A stretch of 64,000 nt of DNA from contig OZ024740.1 in the NCBI GenBank assembly GCA_964016885.1, forward strand, positions 206,088,001 through 206,152,000, given 5' to 3'. The translations under genes were made by a program, and so were the position numbers. The DNA is from Eledone cirrhosa (taxonomy: Eukaryota). The notes below the pieces were generated by a model that was given only the letters and a program-made list of their open reading frames with translations, was not told the origin of the DNA and searched no databases. Within the stretch, counting starts at the first letter, position 1, and each line of letters starts with the position of its first letter. This document shows positions 49,601-63,514 of the stretch, one piece after another.

Positions 49601-49980
49601 GTACACCTAGATGCACCAGCTCCATTTCGGAAGAAGATTCTTACTACAGGCACAAGTAGGAAATTATTGCAAATCAAATTTTTCCCCTTCATTTCTTTTG
49701 ACAAAAGACATTGTTTTATTGAACAATGTCAAATAGACATCTTAGTTCAGTTTATATATACAGCAATATAACATTCAATATAGACAAAAAATAATTGTTG
49801 TAGCAAGAGTTGAACCAAGGACTAATTAGTTGACAGTCCAGCATTTTAATTTCACATTTATTGTGGTTATAATTATAAAATAAAGACATAACATTTCGTT
49901 CCAGTCATTTATTTTCTTGATTACAAATATAGTACATCAAGATGGGCGATAACATTTTAAGCATGTATATATATACACAT

Positions 49981-50013
<33 letters not shown>

Positions 50014-50014
<1 letters not shown>

Positions 50015-52008
50015 CATCATCATCATCGGGTTTAGCGTCCGTGTTCCACGCTTTCATGGGTTTGGACGGGGGGTTTTCCCACTTGAGGCAAGAATGGTTG
50101 TCTTGCTCGCATAGGACTGTCTGGTGGGTTTTCTACAGCTGGATGCCCTTCCTAAAACCAACCACATTTACAGTGTGGGGCTGGGAGGTTTTTACCGTGT
50201 TGCCTACACGGCCACATTACAGCGTGGACTGTCTGGCGGGTTTTCTACAGCTGGATGCCCTTCCTAACACCAACCACATTTACAGTGTGGGGTTGGGAGG
50301 TTTTTACCGTGTTGCCTACACGGCCACATTTACAGCGTGGACTGTGTGTTTTTTTGTCGTGACACCTACACGATCTCATTTGTTTCGGCCTGGATGTTGT
50401 GGGACCAACATAACTTTACATTGAAAGGAGCGGTGTGGATGGGGTGGAGGTGGTGGGATGGGGGTGTGTTTTGATAGAGATGCCTACTGACTGTAGTAGG
50501 TTTTTACTTTGTATTTAGGTAAGGCGGGTCTTCTCTATTACTGAGTACCGCCAAAGGTCTCGGTCCAGTGACATTGTCTTGGAGAGGTGTAAGCGTGTGA
50601 GGTCGGAATTTATCATGTCGTCCCAGGTTTTTCTGGGTCTGCCTACTCCGTGGCTACCGTCTATCTTTATTGCCCTGCACTTTGTTATACAGCTGTCGTC
50701 TTTCATGCGCATCACGTGACCGTACCAACGTAGCCTTCTCTCGAGTAAACAACATCTGATCCCTCTTATTTCTAATTTTTTCCTTAGTTCGTTTATGCTT
50801 TGCCGTTCACGTATATTACTATTGCACATCCAGCGGAGCATACAAGCTTCGTTCCTCTCTAGTCTGCGTATATCCTCTGCACACAATGCCCAGGTCTCAC
50901 TGCCATGCAGCATTGCTGTTCGTATACAGGCATCGTATAACCTGCCTTTCATTTTTAGGGAGAACCCTCTAGCGGCTAATAGTGGTATAAGCTCTCTGAA
51001 CTTTTTCCATCCAGTTCTGACTCTAGCTACTGTACTTTCAGAGCACCCTCCCCCACTGCTGATTTTGTCACCCAGGTAACGGAAGCTGTCCACTATTTCT
51101 ATAGAACCCTCTGCGCAGTTGAAGGAGCTAGTATTTTGTGGGCACTTGCTGCTACTTATTGTACCAGAGCACCGGCCACATGTAAAATCTATGTTCTTAG
51201 TTAGCTTACCTGTGATCCCACTACATCTTTTATGCACCCATACTTTGCATTTGGGACATAAAATGGAGTTTCTACCTACGCCTTTCCTACACACTGAGCA
51301 TGGCCATTTCCCAGAAGGGACCGCCGCCTTATTTTCTTTCCTACAAACTAGAACTTTAGTCTTAGCCACGTTAATTTTAAGGCCTTTTGATTCTAGGCCG
51401 TGCTTCCATGTTTGGAATTTCTTCTCTAGTTCGGTCATTGATTCAGCTATGAGCGTTAGATCATCTGCGTATAGGAGTTCCCATGGGCAGCCGGTCTTGA
51501 ACTCCTCTGTTATAGCCTGAAGGGCAATAATAAATAGTAGGGGGCTAAGAACAGAGCCCTGATGGACACCAACTTTTACGCTAAACTCTTCACTATATTC
51601 GTTGTTAATTCTAACCTTACTGACTGTTTCTTTATACATGGCTTGTATAGCTCTCACAAGCCATTCGTCAACACCTAGTTTTCTAAGAGACCACCAGATA
51701 ATGGAACGGGGGACTCTGTCGAAGGCTTTCTCCAAGTCGACGAAAGCTAAGTATAGGGGTTTACTTTTAGCTAGGTACTTCTCCTGTAGTTGTCGTATGA
51801 TGAAAAGAGCGTCTGTGGTACTTTTGCCTGACACAAACCCGAACTGCATTTCATCTAGATCAATTCTCTCTCTGATTAGTTGCGCTATTACTTTTTCCGT
51901 GACCTTCATGACCTGGTCGATTAATTTAATGCCTCTATAGTTACTCCTATCTAGGGCATCTCCTTTTCCCTTATAGCAGTTAACGATGATGCTGCTACGC
52001 CAGTCCTT
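50014..52008 (-). mobile_element. 5'-truncated RTE-clade LINE with an uninterrupted RT ORF (50515-~52008), 3'UTR and (GAT)n tail
   Basis: NYRGIKL, QFGF, FVDLEKAFDRV, GVHQGSVLSPLLF, LYADD, FRYLG, RRLRWYGHVMRM, GRPRKTW; (TA)n on both flanks. Confidence 0.95.
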
Positions 52009-53339
52009 TATATATATATAATCTTTTCTGTTACATTGTTTATCATCTTTCATTATTAGCATTGTTTATAGATATTGAATCATATTTCATAGTTTGTAAA
52101 ACTATTCTAAATGTAAAGTTTCTTTGTTTTAAAATAAATCTGTAATTATTATAATAGACTGTTAAAAAGTTAATAAACGAAAGATATTCGAATTATACTC
52201 AAGATAAAATATATTCTAGGATGTGAAACATGCAGAAGAGTTAAATTGTTTTAAAATAATAAAGTACAAAGTATTTATATGTCAATAATCCTTCAGCTAT
52301 ACACACACATAACCACATAAAACAGAACTACTATTCTGTGTCAATTTAGAAGACAATGTACGTTTGTACGTATAAACACATACTCATTTGTAAATACAAT
52401 TGGTATTGCACACATACATAGTAGTAGCTATCTTTCAATACATTGTATACACACATTTATACTGGAGCTCATGTCCATTATGAGATTTCAATATTTTTAT
52501 AAACAAACGAAATTCAAACTCCATTATGATTCTGACACAAAATGACAAGTACGAACATGAACAAAAACAATGTAAGAAAACTGGGTTAAAAATTAGACTT
52601 TAAAACACCCTTTAGTTTCCCTGAAAAGTATGTTGTCTGACACTAGGTCATTGATTATCAAGAGAAATCAGTATGTCAATCACAGAAAACGTTTATAAAA
52701 AAGTAATCTTTAATAGACATGAAAGAGATACCTGTAACAACATATTACATAATAAAACTGTACTAACTGATCGATTTATATTGTTTATTATTAAACATTA
52801 ATCTTTCTAACAGCCTTTAGAATATTAATCTTTATTATTGGTGTATATATTCCAATAGAAGCTAGTCCTAGGTGAATACTGCTATCCAGAAAAAGAGAAA
52901 ATAATCAACAAAGTCTAAAGAGCTTAACTCATTATTTCTTTTATATCAGGGAAAAGAGAATATTAGTCATAAAAGTTATACTATATCTAGTTTATTAGCT
53001 GGTAGTACTGTTTTCCTAGGAGATGAGGCATGTCCTAAATGCCTAAATGCTGTGAAAGCACTTAAAGCTGTTGGGCTTAATGGCAATCATAGATAAGCTC
53101 CCAAAACATGCACAACTCAGCTTGTAAGAGATTTTCATTAACATTTTCAACTTTAGAAATGTTCATTAAAATCTTCAAATCAACAACTAATGTCCCAGTG
53201 GATAAGAAATAAGTTGTAACAGTGAATGACTACTAACCAGCTACACCAACACAACATTACACTGTCAGTGTCATTGCTGTTAAACTTGGATAAGATGCTA
53301 GTTTAATGTATGTAACATTCTCAGGAAATATTTCCTAAT

Positions 53340-54040
53340 CTACAGCCAATCTGCAAGACTTTCTGAATATACTGGCCAAACATTCGCTGGAGGCTGGCTT
53401 ACACATCAACATGTCCAAAACAAAATGTATGGCAACTGATAAAAACAATGCCAATCTCCAACTCACAATCTACAACCAGCAAATTGCTCAAGTTACGGAG
53501 TTTGTATATCTCGGTCACAAACTATCATCAAACAACATTGGAATGGTTGTTGCGCAGTACCACATCACTCTAGGTTGGGTAGCTTACAACAAGAACAAGG
53601 AAGTACTAACATCAAAACGAGTTTCCTATCATTTGAAGGCTAAGATCTTTGATATTTACATCCTACTAGTTGTGTTATATGGTTTTGACTAAGCTCTCTA
53701 CATTCCAGAACCACATCATGAGACTTATGACTGGCAAGCAGCTCAGCGACCGTACCTGTATCAGATACCAGACTTAGACCAATTACATTAATTGCCAAGT
53801 CAAGAGTAATCAAACTATACGGTCATATAAAAAGATAAACTCGTGGTGTGAGTAGGTTATGCCTGGAAGGAAGGTTGGCTGGTAAGAGAAGCAGAGACTG
53901 GCAGCTAAAAGAAAGGCTTGATAATGTCAACCTATGGACTGGACTTGATCTTTGCACTTTAAACTCTGCTGTTTGTGATCGAACTTTGTGGAGAAAAATA
54001 TCTCGTATTGATGTGCAGTCTGCAACTGGTGAAGTTTAGT
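53340..54040 (+). mobile_element. Degenerate RTE-like LINE fragment
   Basis: GLHINMSKTK, EFVYLG, VVLYG and LEGRLAGKRSR motifs. Confidence 0.75.
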
Positions 54041-54830
54041 GTCAAAGTAGTAGTTTTGTTCAGAGAAATACAAGCAATGTGGTATAAACTGACAACTGAA
54101 AATGAAAGTTATGTAAAATCAAGATTGAGAAAATGAATTATATCTTAGCAAATTGTGAGAGACACACCTTAAGAAATAACCCCTATGAGCAAAGTAGAGA
54201 AAAATAAAATATTAATCTCCATTATAAATAAACATGAAGGTTTAAATTCTGTTAGGGATCACAAAATAAAGCTGTGACTTGATACATTGTCCAAGTTTAC
54301 TGCTTGGTTGATGTTACTATTGTTAGAGATAGTAACATCAACTAGGCCTCACAAATGAGAAGTTGGTATTCAAATATGTTGTGCTTTATTCTAATCATTA
54401 TAGGAGCAACAGGCTAGGAATCAACCCAGGAACAAAGTTAAGTTGATCTTGTGTTGTTCTACTTTATTAAACACAAATCTCACATGAGCACTATAACAGA
54501 AATAATAAAGATCTTCAACATTTTTAGATGGCGAAATGTTGTGAAAGAGACATTGAAAAGTCAAACATTTTCTCATCAGGTAAATGCCTGATCGAAACAG
54601 ACAATATAAAACGAAGAAGTATCATACAAGCCACTGCAATTAGAAGGTATTTATGCCAATATATACATTTGTACACAAACACAAGCTTAGTAAAACCAAA
54701 TTATATACCATTAAAAAAAGAAAAAAAATGTATCCTACCTAATATAATGATTAATTAAACCTAACTAAATGAATAATACTTCAATATATATATATGGTTC
54801 AATTCATTATCCTGTGTTTGAGTTAATATG

Positions 54831-55421
54831 CTAGAATTTAAAGTTATGTTTATTTAAAACTTCGATGTTTTTTTTACTCTCGGGACTTAACCAGTCATAT
54901 AGTCTGGAAACGTTATGACTTTCTTGTTTCAAATTACATTTTTCTGGTATATTTTCCTTATCTTTGCCTTTCTTTAACCAAAGTGTTTTATCAACTTTTG
55001 CCTGGAATAGCTGAAAAGGATCATCTTTACAAATATACTGATCTAAATCAGCATCCAATTTGAAGGGAGATGTTTGATTGATGTGCTTAAAAGCTCCCTT
55101 ATTATCAGTAGGAGTAATTACGCTTGCTAACCAATTTTTTTCCCCACAATTCGGTTGACTAACACACTCACTATATTTCTCACAAACTTCATTGGCTTTA
55201 CACACTGAACTTACTGGTGGCAATAAGTCAGAGACTGAACCTGCTGATGGATTAGGATTAGGATCAACATTTTTAGAATTATGTGAAAGTTCTTTAAACT
55301 TCTTTGTCAGATTCTCAACACAAGAAGAATCACCAAGGTTTTCAATATCACAACTTTTAACAGATCGATGGTCACCGCAAGAAACTGGTTTTGGAGGTGT
55401 GTTGCAACACAAAGACTTTTT
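54831..55421 (-). CDS. NCOA4: NCOA4-like last coding exon
   Basis: ttccag| KKSLCC..DIENLGDSSC..VCKANEVCEKYSECVSQPNC..stop. Resembles the NCOA4 motifs IENLGNLKC and [20 protein letters not shown]. The six exons total 1698 nt (565 aa). Confidence 0.88.
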   Translation of the reverse strand, partial: KKSLCCNTPPKPVSCGDHRSVKSCDIENLGDSSCVENLTKKFKELSHNSKNVDPNPNPSAGSVSDLLPPVSSVCKANEVCEKYSECVSQPNCGEKNWLASVITPTDNKGAFKHINQTSPFKLDADLDQYICKDDPFQLFQAKVDKTLWLKKGKDKENIPEKCNLKQESHNVSRLYDWLSPESKKNIEVLNKHNFKF

Positions 55422-55734
55422 CTGGAAAAAAAAAGAAGGAATGTATCAAAAGAAATGTTTTAACAGGTGTATATATTTACTATTGTCCCACCCTTGCAAG
55501 CAGGGAAAAGCAGACGTAAAATGAAATGATGATGATGAGACAAAAATGTTTCTCTCTGACAAGTATATATATTTACTATTGGAGACAAACATGTTTTTAA
55601 CAGGTTTATATAATGACTATTGGAAACAAACATGTTTCTCTCTGACAATGAGTTTTGTTTTATGAATGTGAAGTTGTAAATAGACAGGAATTACAGTAAT
55701 TGAGAGGAAAGTCACGTAAAACAGTTTTCTCTAT

Positions 55735-56275
55735 TGAGGGTTCCCTAGAAGTTGTTGACAGCTTTCGCTACCTAGGTGATCAAATTAGCAGGGGAGGGGG
55801 GCACCAAAAGTGTGATAGCTATGATAAGAACAGGTTGGAAGAAGTTTAGAGATCTATTATCACTGCTGACAACAAAAAGCTTTTCTCTCAATGTGAAGGG
55901 TAGACTGTATGATGTCTGTGTGTGACATGACAGTGAAATATGGGCCTTGACTGCAAAAGACCTGTGGAGGCTAGAAAGAAATGAGCCGTGTATGCTCCAA
56001 TGGATGTGCAATATTAATGTGCATGAGCAACATAGCATAAGCAAACTAAGGAAAAAACTTGGCATTAGAAGAACTGGATGTAGTGTGCAAGAGAGAAGAC
56101 TGCATTAGTATAGACATGTGATGCACATGGAATATAACAGCAGCATAAAGAAATGCAGAGAAACCCCAGTGGCTGAGACCCATGGAAGAGGCAGACCCAG
56201 GAAAACATGGGATAAAGAAGACTGACCTTAAAAAACTAAAACTGTGCTATGCTGTGCTGAAGAAGACCCAACCTA
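55735..56275 (+). mobile_element. Degenerate copy of the 50-52 kb RTE family (others at ~25400-25890, 47800-48300, 48860-49130)
   Basis: VVDSFRYLGDQIS, GWKKFRDL and GRPRKTW remnants. Confidence 0.75.
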
Positions 56276-57569
56276 CAGCATACAATGTGGGCTGACCTAT
56301 CCCTGTGTCCCCCCTTCCACTAGCACTCACTAACAGCTATTTTCAACATCACTATACCCCCCTTACCACACACACACATCCATGCTCCACCTCCCAGTAC
56401 TCACTCCTAGCCACTAGACTCCCTCACTCTAGAAGCCACTCTCCTCATTCTTATACACTCCACACATGCCTCGTCCATTAGCACTCCCTAGCAGTTAGAT
56501 ACCCTGACTAACGCACCATAGTAATTTCTCCCTGCACCCTACCCATTCCCCCTCCACTATCACTCCTTGGCTATTCTCTTCATCACTAAACCTCCCGTTT
56601 CCAGCACTGAGTGTTCTCATCTCCATGAAAGAGAGACAAAAAAAGGGCAGAGGACTTTTCAGTCATGCCATGATATGGCAACCTCTCTAGTGTTGATCTA
56701 CACAAACACCCAGCACATGCTGTAAAGTGATTGATGATAGGAAGGGCATCCAGTCATAGAAAGCTTGCCAAACAAATGGCTGGGAGGATCCCCTCAGTCA
56801 TATTAAGGACATGACAGCCTCCCTAGGGTTGGTGATCTATTTGATAAACAATGTGATGGGAGGATACTCAGTTATGTCAAAGACAGGACAACCTCTCCTG
56901 TGCATTTGGTAGAACATGAAACCATACAAAAGTGAGACGCAGATCCCTGGCCCCGCTTCAGTATTAACTTTGGTCTATGTAGACCTGTCCAATCCTTGCT
57001 AGCAGGGAAAGTGAACGTTAAAATGATGATGATGAGTGCCAGTGTTCAAAATCATTGATTGATGTTTATACAAGAGATAATTGCACAGGTAGATATGAGA
57101 AGATTGGAATCACAGACAAGATTATCAAGATAATATGGAAGAAAGATCTAGATAAATGAAAAAATGTTAAAATTAAAGTTTGTTTCAAGCTCGATTGCTC
57201 ATCAGGCCAGTACTTATCCCGGTTTCCGTGGTGTGAAATGACAGAGTACAAGACTTCTCCCTGGACAGGACACCAGTCCATTGCAGGGTTAACCCGCACC
57301 CCTGCTATTGCTGGTACTCTTTTCAACTGAGCATACTGGAGCAATGTGAAATGAAGTGTTTTGCTCAAGAACACAACATGCAACCCATTCTAGGAATCAT
57401 ACCCATAACATTATGGTTGTTAGTCCAACACTCTTGCCATTAGGCCACACACCATGACACAGATACATCAAAGGATTCTTGAAATGATATATCCATCTGT
57501 ACTGGTATAGAAAAATAGACACGATGATGATGATGATGATGTTAAAATAGAATATAAAAGGAAACTTAC

Positions 57570-57796
57570 CTTAACAAGCCAGACATTTGGGTCTTGGGAT
57601 GCAATTTTCTTAAAATAAGAAAATGTTGCCAAACTTTTCAATGACTTATCAAGAGGCATGGGCTTTCGTTTAACTGCCAACCAACTACTGGTATCTATAT
57701 CAGGAGTTCTTTTGCATCCAATTGCATTCTTGAATATTTCACCATTTATGGATGTTGGACTACTGGAAACAATTTCAATAGAATCTGTATCTCCAT
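57570..57796 (-). CDS. NCOA4: NCOA4-like exon
   Basis: tttag| GDTDSIEIV..FSYFKKIASQDPNVWLVK |gtaagt; phase 1-0. Confidence 0.82.
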
Positions 57797-59278
57797 CTAA
57801 AATAAAATCACAATCATTAAATAATAATTCAATATCTAATTAATTAAGACTGAATATTTCTATCTTAGTTATTCCACTTAACTATTTAAACCGGCATATC
57901 CGGCCAGAATTTTCTCATCTCTTTCTGTTTAAACTGGCTGTAACTAGCCACTCATACTCATGTTAAGGTATTGTTCTTAAAATAAATAATTGTTTCTACT
58001 TTAGGCACAAGGCCAGCAAATCCCCAGTGCATTACTGGTACTTTATTTTATCGACCCCGTAAGGATGAAAGGCAAAGTCAACCTTGGCGGGATTTGAACT
58101 CAGATCGTAAAGGGACGTAACTATGCTGGAAAGCATGGCGTCCGACCCTCTACCGATACTGCCACTCCACCGTTCTTAAAATAAATAATATCAACATCTC
58201 ATAGATTCGATATTATGCGAGTTAAAGCCTTTACCACAAAAAAACAATAGTATATATAGAGTAATGTAAATGCTAAAGAGTTAAACCTCCTCAATATGTA
58301 CAATACTCAACATCAGTTTTCTCTACATTGACATGGATTAGACAAAGCAATTTGAAGCAGAATTCTATGGCTGGATGCCCTTTATGACGCTAACCCTGTC
58401 CAACCCATGCTAGCATGTAAAACAAATATATAATGATGAAATAAGCTAAGGAATGAGAGGAGAACAAAACTGTATAGCATTAAATGTAATGCAAATAGAT
58501 CAGTAAGAAGGTAGACAGAGATGGTATCAACAAACAAGGAATTGGTACAAGTGGTACAAGCCTCCAGAGGTGATTGAAAACGGGACAAAACAAAAACAGA
58601 CAACTAAATCCGGTCAACAGTTACCTATTTTGAAACATTTAGTCAGTTTTCAGTGTAGTATTTTTTTTTGGGGGGGGGGGGGGGGGGGGTCACAAATTTT
58701 ATTAAGACATAACCATCATCATATTACAAATAAAAAAAAGAAAAAAGAAAGAAAATAGAAGATGGTAATGCACACATCTAGGACCACATACAACAAAAGG
58801 GTGGACAAACGAGCCCACTACTAGAGCAAAAGATAACAATATCACGAGGAGCACTGGGAAACCTCTCTAATAATTTTTGAGGCAAGCCAGCATGCTTGCA
58901 GTGTTACCTCAGATGATGGCGAGGTTGATGTGCTGGAACAGCCAACCGTCATCATGAGCATCACCAGTTACCTCAGTTAGGCAAGGAGAAGAACCTCGCA
59001 GTGAGCAGCCTGACTACTCTTAAATGTCTCGAATGCCACAAGCTGGACTAAATCCCCAAACTTCACTTCAGTGAAAAGATAAAATAGTTTTGATGATGCC
59101 TTAGGAATATAAAACAAGACAAAAGATGAGACAAAACACACACAGTTGGAAGATGTGAGCTATGGGGGAGAGTGGGGAGAGGATAATGTTAGGTTGTTGG
59201 GTAGTCTTGGAGAGACTGCAATAGAATAAACAACTACAAATAAACGTCAAAAATCTAATTAAACAAATGATTGCCTAC

Positions 59279-59603
59279 CACTGTTGAGCTCTTCTGTGTC
59301 CAAAATTTCAAAGCCATCATCTTCGCAATCAGGATTTTGTTTTATCTGATGTAACCAGTTCTGAATGCTTGTATTTTTAGGTAATTCAGAGAGATGTATA
59401 GAACTGCTATTTGGTGTAGAAGGCATGGATTTTGAACGAGCCAACCAATCAATTGATTTGCTTGTCTTGAATGGTGCAAATAAATCCTTAGCAGAAACTG
59501 TTGGTGTGTTGCTCTTGCTCCGAGAAGTTTTTGACTGAGAAAACTGTTTTTGTGGTTTGGCCAGCCATTCATTGGTTACAAGTCGAGGGATATTTACAAA
59601 GAT
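59279..59603 (-). CDS. NCOA4: NCOA4-like exon
   Basis: tgtag| IFVNIPRL..DWLARSK..IQNWLHQIKQNPDCEDDGFEIL..NS g|gtaggc; open 325 nt, phase 0-1. Confidence 0.82.
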
Positions 59604-59915
59604 CTACAAAATAAAAGTTTGCCATCAACTTTACAAAACAGTAACAATAACCATAATAACAAATAAGAAATTGAGAAGCCAAGATGTTCAGGGGTATTCC
59701 AGGAGTAATAATAGAAGCGAGTCAAAATGCTGTTCAATGTATTTTGAAAGACAAAGTCAGCTGGTTGGATTTCAACTCAATGCAGAAAGAGACCTGATTA
59801 ATTACTGCAAAGCTTGATTGCTACCATTTCTTGACATGCTACCAATGTCAGTAATTGATATCAAAGCATTCATGCATTTCCAAAGGTTCATTTATATAAA
59901 AAGAGTATAAGTAGA

Positions 59916-60344
59916 TGTAAAAACCAAACTAGCAATCTTCTATTCAGTATTCATACCTATGATCATGAATCTTGGGTAATGGCCAAAAGAATAGGATTGC
60001 GAACACAAGCGGCCAAAATGGGGTTCCTCCAAAGGGTTTTTGGAGTAATGTTACTCGATAGAGTGCATACCTCAGAAATCAGAGAGTCACTCCAGGTAGA
60101 GCCGTTACTTCTCTGAATAGAGAGATCACAGCTCCAATACTATGGGCATGTGGTTAGAATGTCTCAGGAAAGAATCGTTGGACAGATTTTACGGGCAAAA
60201 CCAACCGGCAGGAGACTCACGGGTAGATCCCAAATAAGATGGTTGGATAACATTTATGAACTTGGCTGGTCTCACTTGGGGATCCAGCCGGATCAGTTGG
60301 AGAAAGTTTCTTCTGACAGGACCCACTGACAGGACTCGAAGAAG
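59916..60344 (+). mobile_element. 5'-truncated RTE LINE with short GAA tail in an NCOA4 intron
   Basis: 15-bp TSD aagagtataagtaga (59901-59915 and 60345-60359); YGHESW and YYGHVVRM motifs. Confidence 0.85.
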
Positions 60345-60869
60345 AAGAGTATAAGTAGAGTTAATTTTATTGGCTTCAATATCTTGCTTAAATTAGTTGC
60401 TTTCTTCACTGCAAAACTAAAGATTTATCTCAAGTTTATGTGGTCTCTGTTCATTCAAGACAAACACAACCAAGAGTGTGATGGATGATACAGTGTGACA
60501 TGATGGTAGCCGAGAGAGTAATGGAAGTGAGACAGATAGCTACATGCTGGTTGTTGTTAAGGAGATTGAATAGGAAGCAGCATGAGCAGTATGATGGGAT
60601 AACAATAAAAATGGGCCTTGCTTGGTAAGAGAGAGCAATTGATGGATAGAAATAGAGAGGGAGATGTCAATGAAGACTCACAAGCAAGCACATAAAAAAA
60701 TATATTGTTCTAGGATGTACAATAAATTTTGAGGAACATTATATTTGGGTTATTTAGTAATCTGATGATTACAACAACTGATTCTATTATTAACAATACT
60801 TTTATTCTGGTCATGATGACCTAATAAATGAAAATAAAATCATAGGAACTTATGATGATGATGACTCAC

Positions 60870-61104
60870 CGATTTCTCAGAGTTTGAACCCTGTTTTATC
60901 TTTTCAACTGTCTTGTACAATACATGGTGTTCAGCATCTCCATAATCTTCAAATCGTTTTGGTAAACTGGTTGAAGAGTTGTCTGGTTCAACAAATGTTG
61001 GTGAAGAAATTTTACCAAAGTTACTCACAACATCTTTTAATCCAGCTGGTGTTGGCTTAAATGTCATGTGCATATCATCAGGGACCACATCACGGAGACA
61101 GAAA
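60870..61104 (-). CDS. NCOA4: NCOA4-like exon
   Basis: tgtag| FCLRDVVPDD..LKDVVSNFGKI..LPKRFEDYGDAEHHVLYKTVE..KS |gtgagt; phase 2-0. Confidence 0.85.
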
Positions 61105-63192
61105 CTACAACAAAAGTTATAAATTTGTAGAAATCTATTCAATTTTTAAACATCGAATTATATCATTTTTAGATAATAATTTTTTTTTCATCTTAGATTT
61201 TAAGGAATGACTAGCTGAGTAAAGGAAAAATTACGTTGCTTTCATTCATAGCCCAACTTATGTCATTTCTAAGCATTTTATATTTTTCCTTTTCATAATA
61301 ATTTTTAAGAATAGCAAGAATTAAATTATAGATTTATTTATCTTAAATGATGAAATCAATCAATAATTAAGTGCCACATACAACATTATGAAATTATGTT
61401 AGCACTAAAATAAGAACAATCACTGCAGTGCAGTGCAAAAGATGCTAAGAAAAGTAACAATATGACACACCAATTGCAATATATAAAATATAATTTAACA
61501 AAACTAGTATTTTAAACTAAATTATGGCCTTAATGTACCTTCTTATTCAGAGCCACATAACTTCCAACTTTTACAAAGGTACAAGACTATGACCCACTTG
61601 CAAATGTTGTATACGTTATATTTACTAAAAATCTTTTAACAATAAATATATATATATTGGGTCTAATTCAAGCCTTTCTTTTCAAAATTGCAACCCTTTT
61701 ACTACAGCATGTTGTCAATTTAGAAAATAGCCTTGGGATCGCTGGCTTAGGATGATTCCAGCCTCATTGAGCAAGAGCAAGAAGAAGAGCCATACTGATC
61801 TCAATACTTCTTTATCATATTTCCTATAAAATATTGTAATAAACAAAGTCATTATTCTCTTAACAAACAACTATAACAATTTCTTCAAATTGGAGATAAG
61901 GCAACAAATTGTGAGGAAGAGAGACAGTCGAATGAACCAACCTAGCATATGATTCACATATATTTAATGGACATCAGAAGGTTGAAAAATAAAAACAACT
62001 CTAACAAGGTTTAAACTCAGAATGTAAAAAAAGATAACAAAATACCATAAAACATTTATTCCAACATTCTACTATTTTTATAGTAGAATTTCACGAAGGA
62101 CAAACAGAGAGATGCTGTGCTGAAGAGGACCCATCCCACCCTTGCAAGCAGGGAAAAGTGGACGTAAAATAATGATGACTCTCACATATTGTTTATAATG
62201 AATTAAAAACATAGATTAACTGAGATTATCTGTACAATTAGTAAACAACAACTCCCTCTAGAGTTTAAAATCTAAAAACTAATAAGCAAAGCAGGCAACT
62301 CCAATAAGATCAACTAACGGAAATGTTTAAAGAATAAAGATTATGTAGAAAAGAGTGGATCTTGTCTTTAAAGTCAACTGATGAAAACAGGAATACTTTT
62401 TTTCATTGTTACAAGCTCCTGAATATATAGAGAAGTATGGTACTTGTTTTTATTGTCCCATGAAGGACAAATAAAAGAAGCCAACCTGTGTGACTCAGAA
62501 TATAAAGGGATATAAACAAACAACTACCAACAAGATATATTGTATAGCACTTGACCATCTATGACCTTTTTCATAATAACAATTATAGTAAACTGACTGA
62601 TCTTTATTTGACTGGCCTTAGAAGGAATTAAGATCAAATTACCTCCAGTTGGGTTTTATTTCAGGAAGTAATGGGATGAAACTAAATACTGTTTGACAGT
62701 TTTGCATGCTACCATTTCAATATAAAAAAGTAAAATGATTTCAACTGATGACTAAAAACATGATCCTAGCTTCACAGGAACTTATTTGTTACTATATAAT
62801 AATTTATAACATTCTCACTACATCAGTTTAAAATGCTTTTATATGTTAGAACATATTTACCAATTTGAACAATATAGGTAATAGAGGGAGGAGATCAGTG
62901 AGTTGGAAATGGTAGTGGCATGAGATGATGGGCAAAAAAATAGAGTATGTTCCATATGAAGCTCAGTAATTCAGCAACTTAACCTTGATTGGCTAGACTG
63001 GTCAGGTGACCATGTCTTAATCATGATACATTTTTGGCAGAGTGCCTTTCCTAATGCCAATGAAATGAACTGAAAAAATCTAATGAAAATCTAAGATGAA
63101 AGGAAAAGTCAATGGCAAATAACAAATATGAAGTCCAGTTTTCCACTGCTTTTCCCCATAAATTCTCTTATATTGAAATAACGTTAACTCAC

Positions 63193-63407
63193 TTTTCAAA
63201 TTGTTCATTCAAGATGTAGTTTCCTTCATCAGAACATTTAACAATATTTTGCAGCCTGTCAAGTTTAAAATTGAGATGAGATAACTTCTTTTGCAATGCT
63301 TCCTCTTTTGAACTTTGGATCATATCCACCTGATTAAGGAGTTGCACCTCTCGATTTTGCAAGGCTTCCAGAAGGCGACTCATTTGTGAGTGGATTTGTG
63401 ATCTTAA
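63193..63407 (-). CDS. NCOA4: NCOA4-like exon: ARA70 coiled-coil domain
   Basis: LRSQIHSQMSRLLEALQNREVQLLNQVDMIQSSKEEALQ resembles NCOA4 IHSCISRHLECLRSREVWLYEQVDLIYQLKEETLQ; cag|..|gtgagt, phase 0-2. Confidence 0.88.
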
Positions 63408-63514
63408 CTGGCAAAAGATAACAGATTAATAAATATACAAAAAAAAAACACTAAAAAATGCAAATTCAAAAAGATTTTATTTATCGGCTTAAATAAATAT
63501 AAGCTATTACTTAC

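Noticed and set aside
50795-51940. Plus-strand ORFs overlapping the RT
   Set aside because: Antisense shadows of the LINE ORF.
52009-52062. N-terminus (MLIMKDD..) of the 515-aa ORF as a real start
   Set aside because: Flanking DNA read through the (TA)n; the LINE is 5'-truncated and lacks the endonuclease.
57170-57230. Hammerhead-like CTGATGA..GAAAC on the minus strand
   Set aside because: Stem II does not pair properly, no stem III/NUH is evident, and it is the tail of a SINE whose other copy (~15690-15740) lacks the core.
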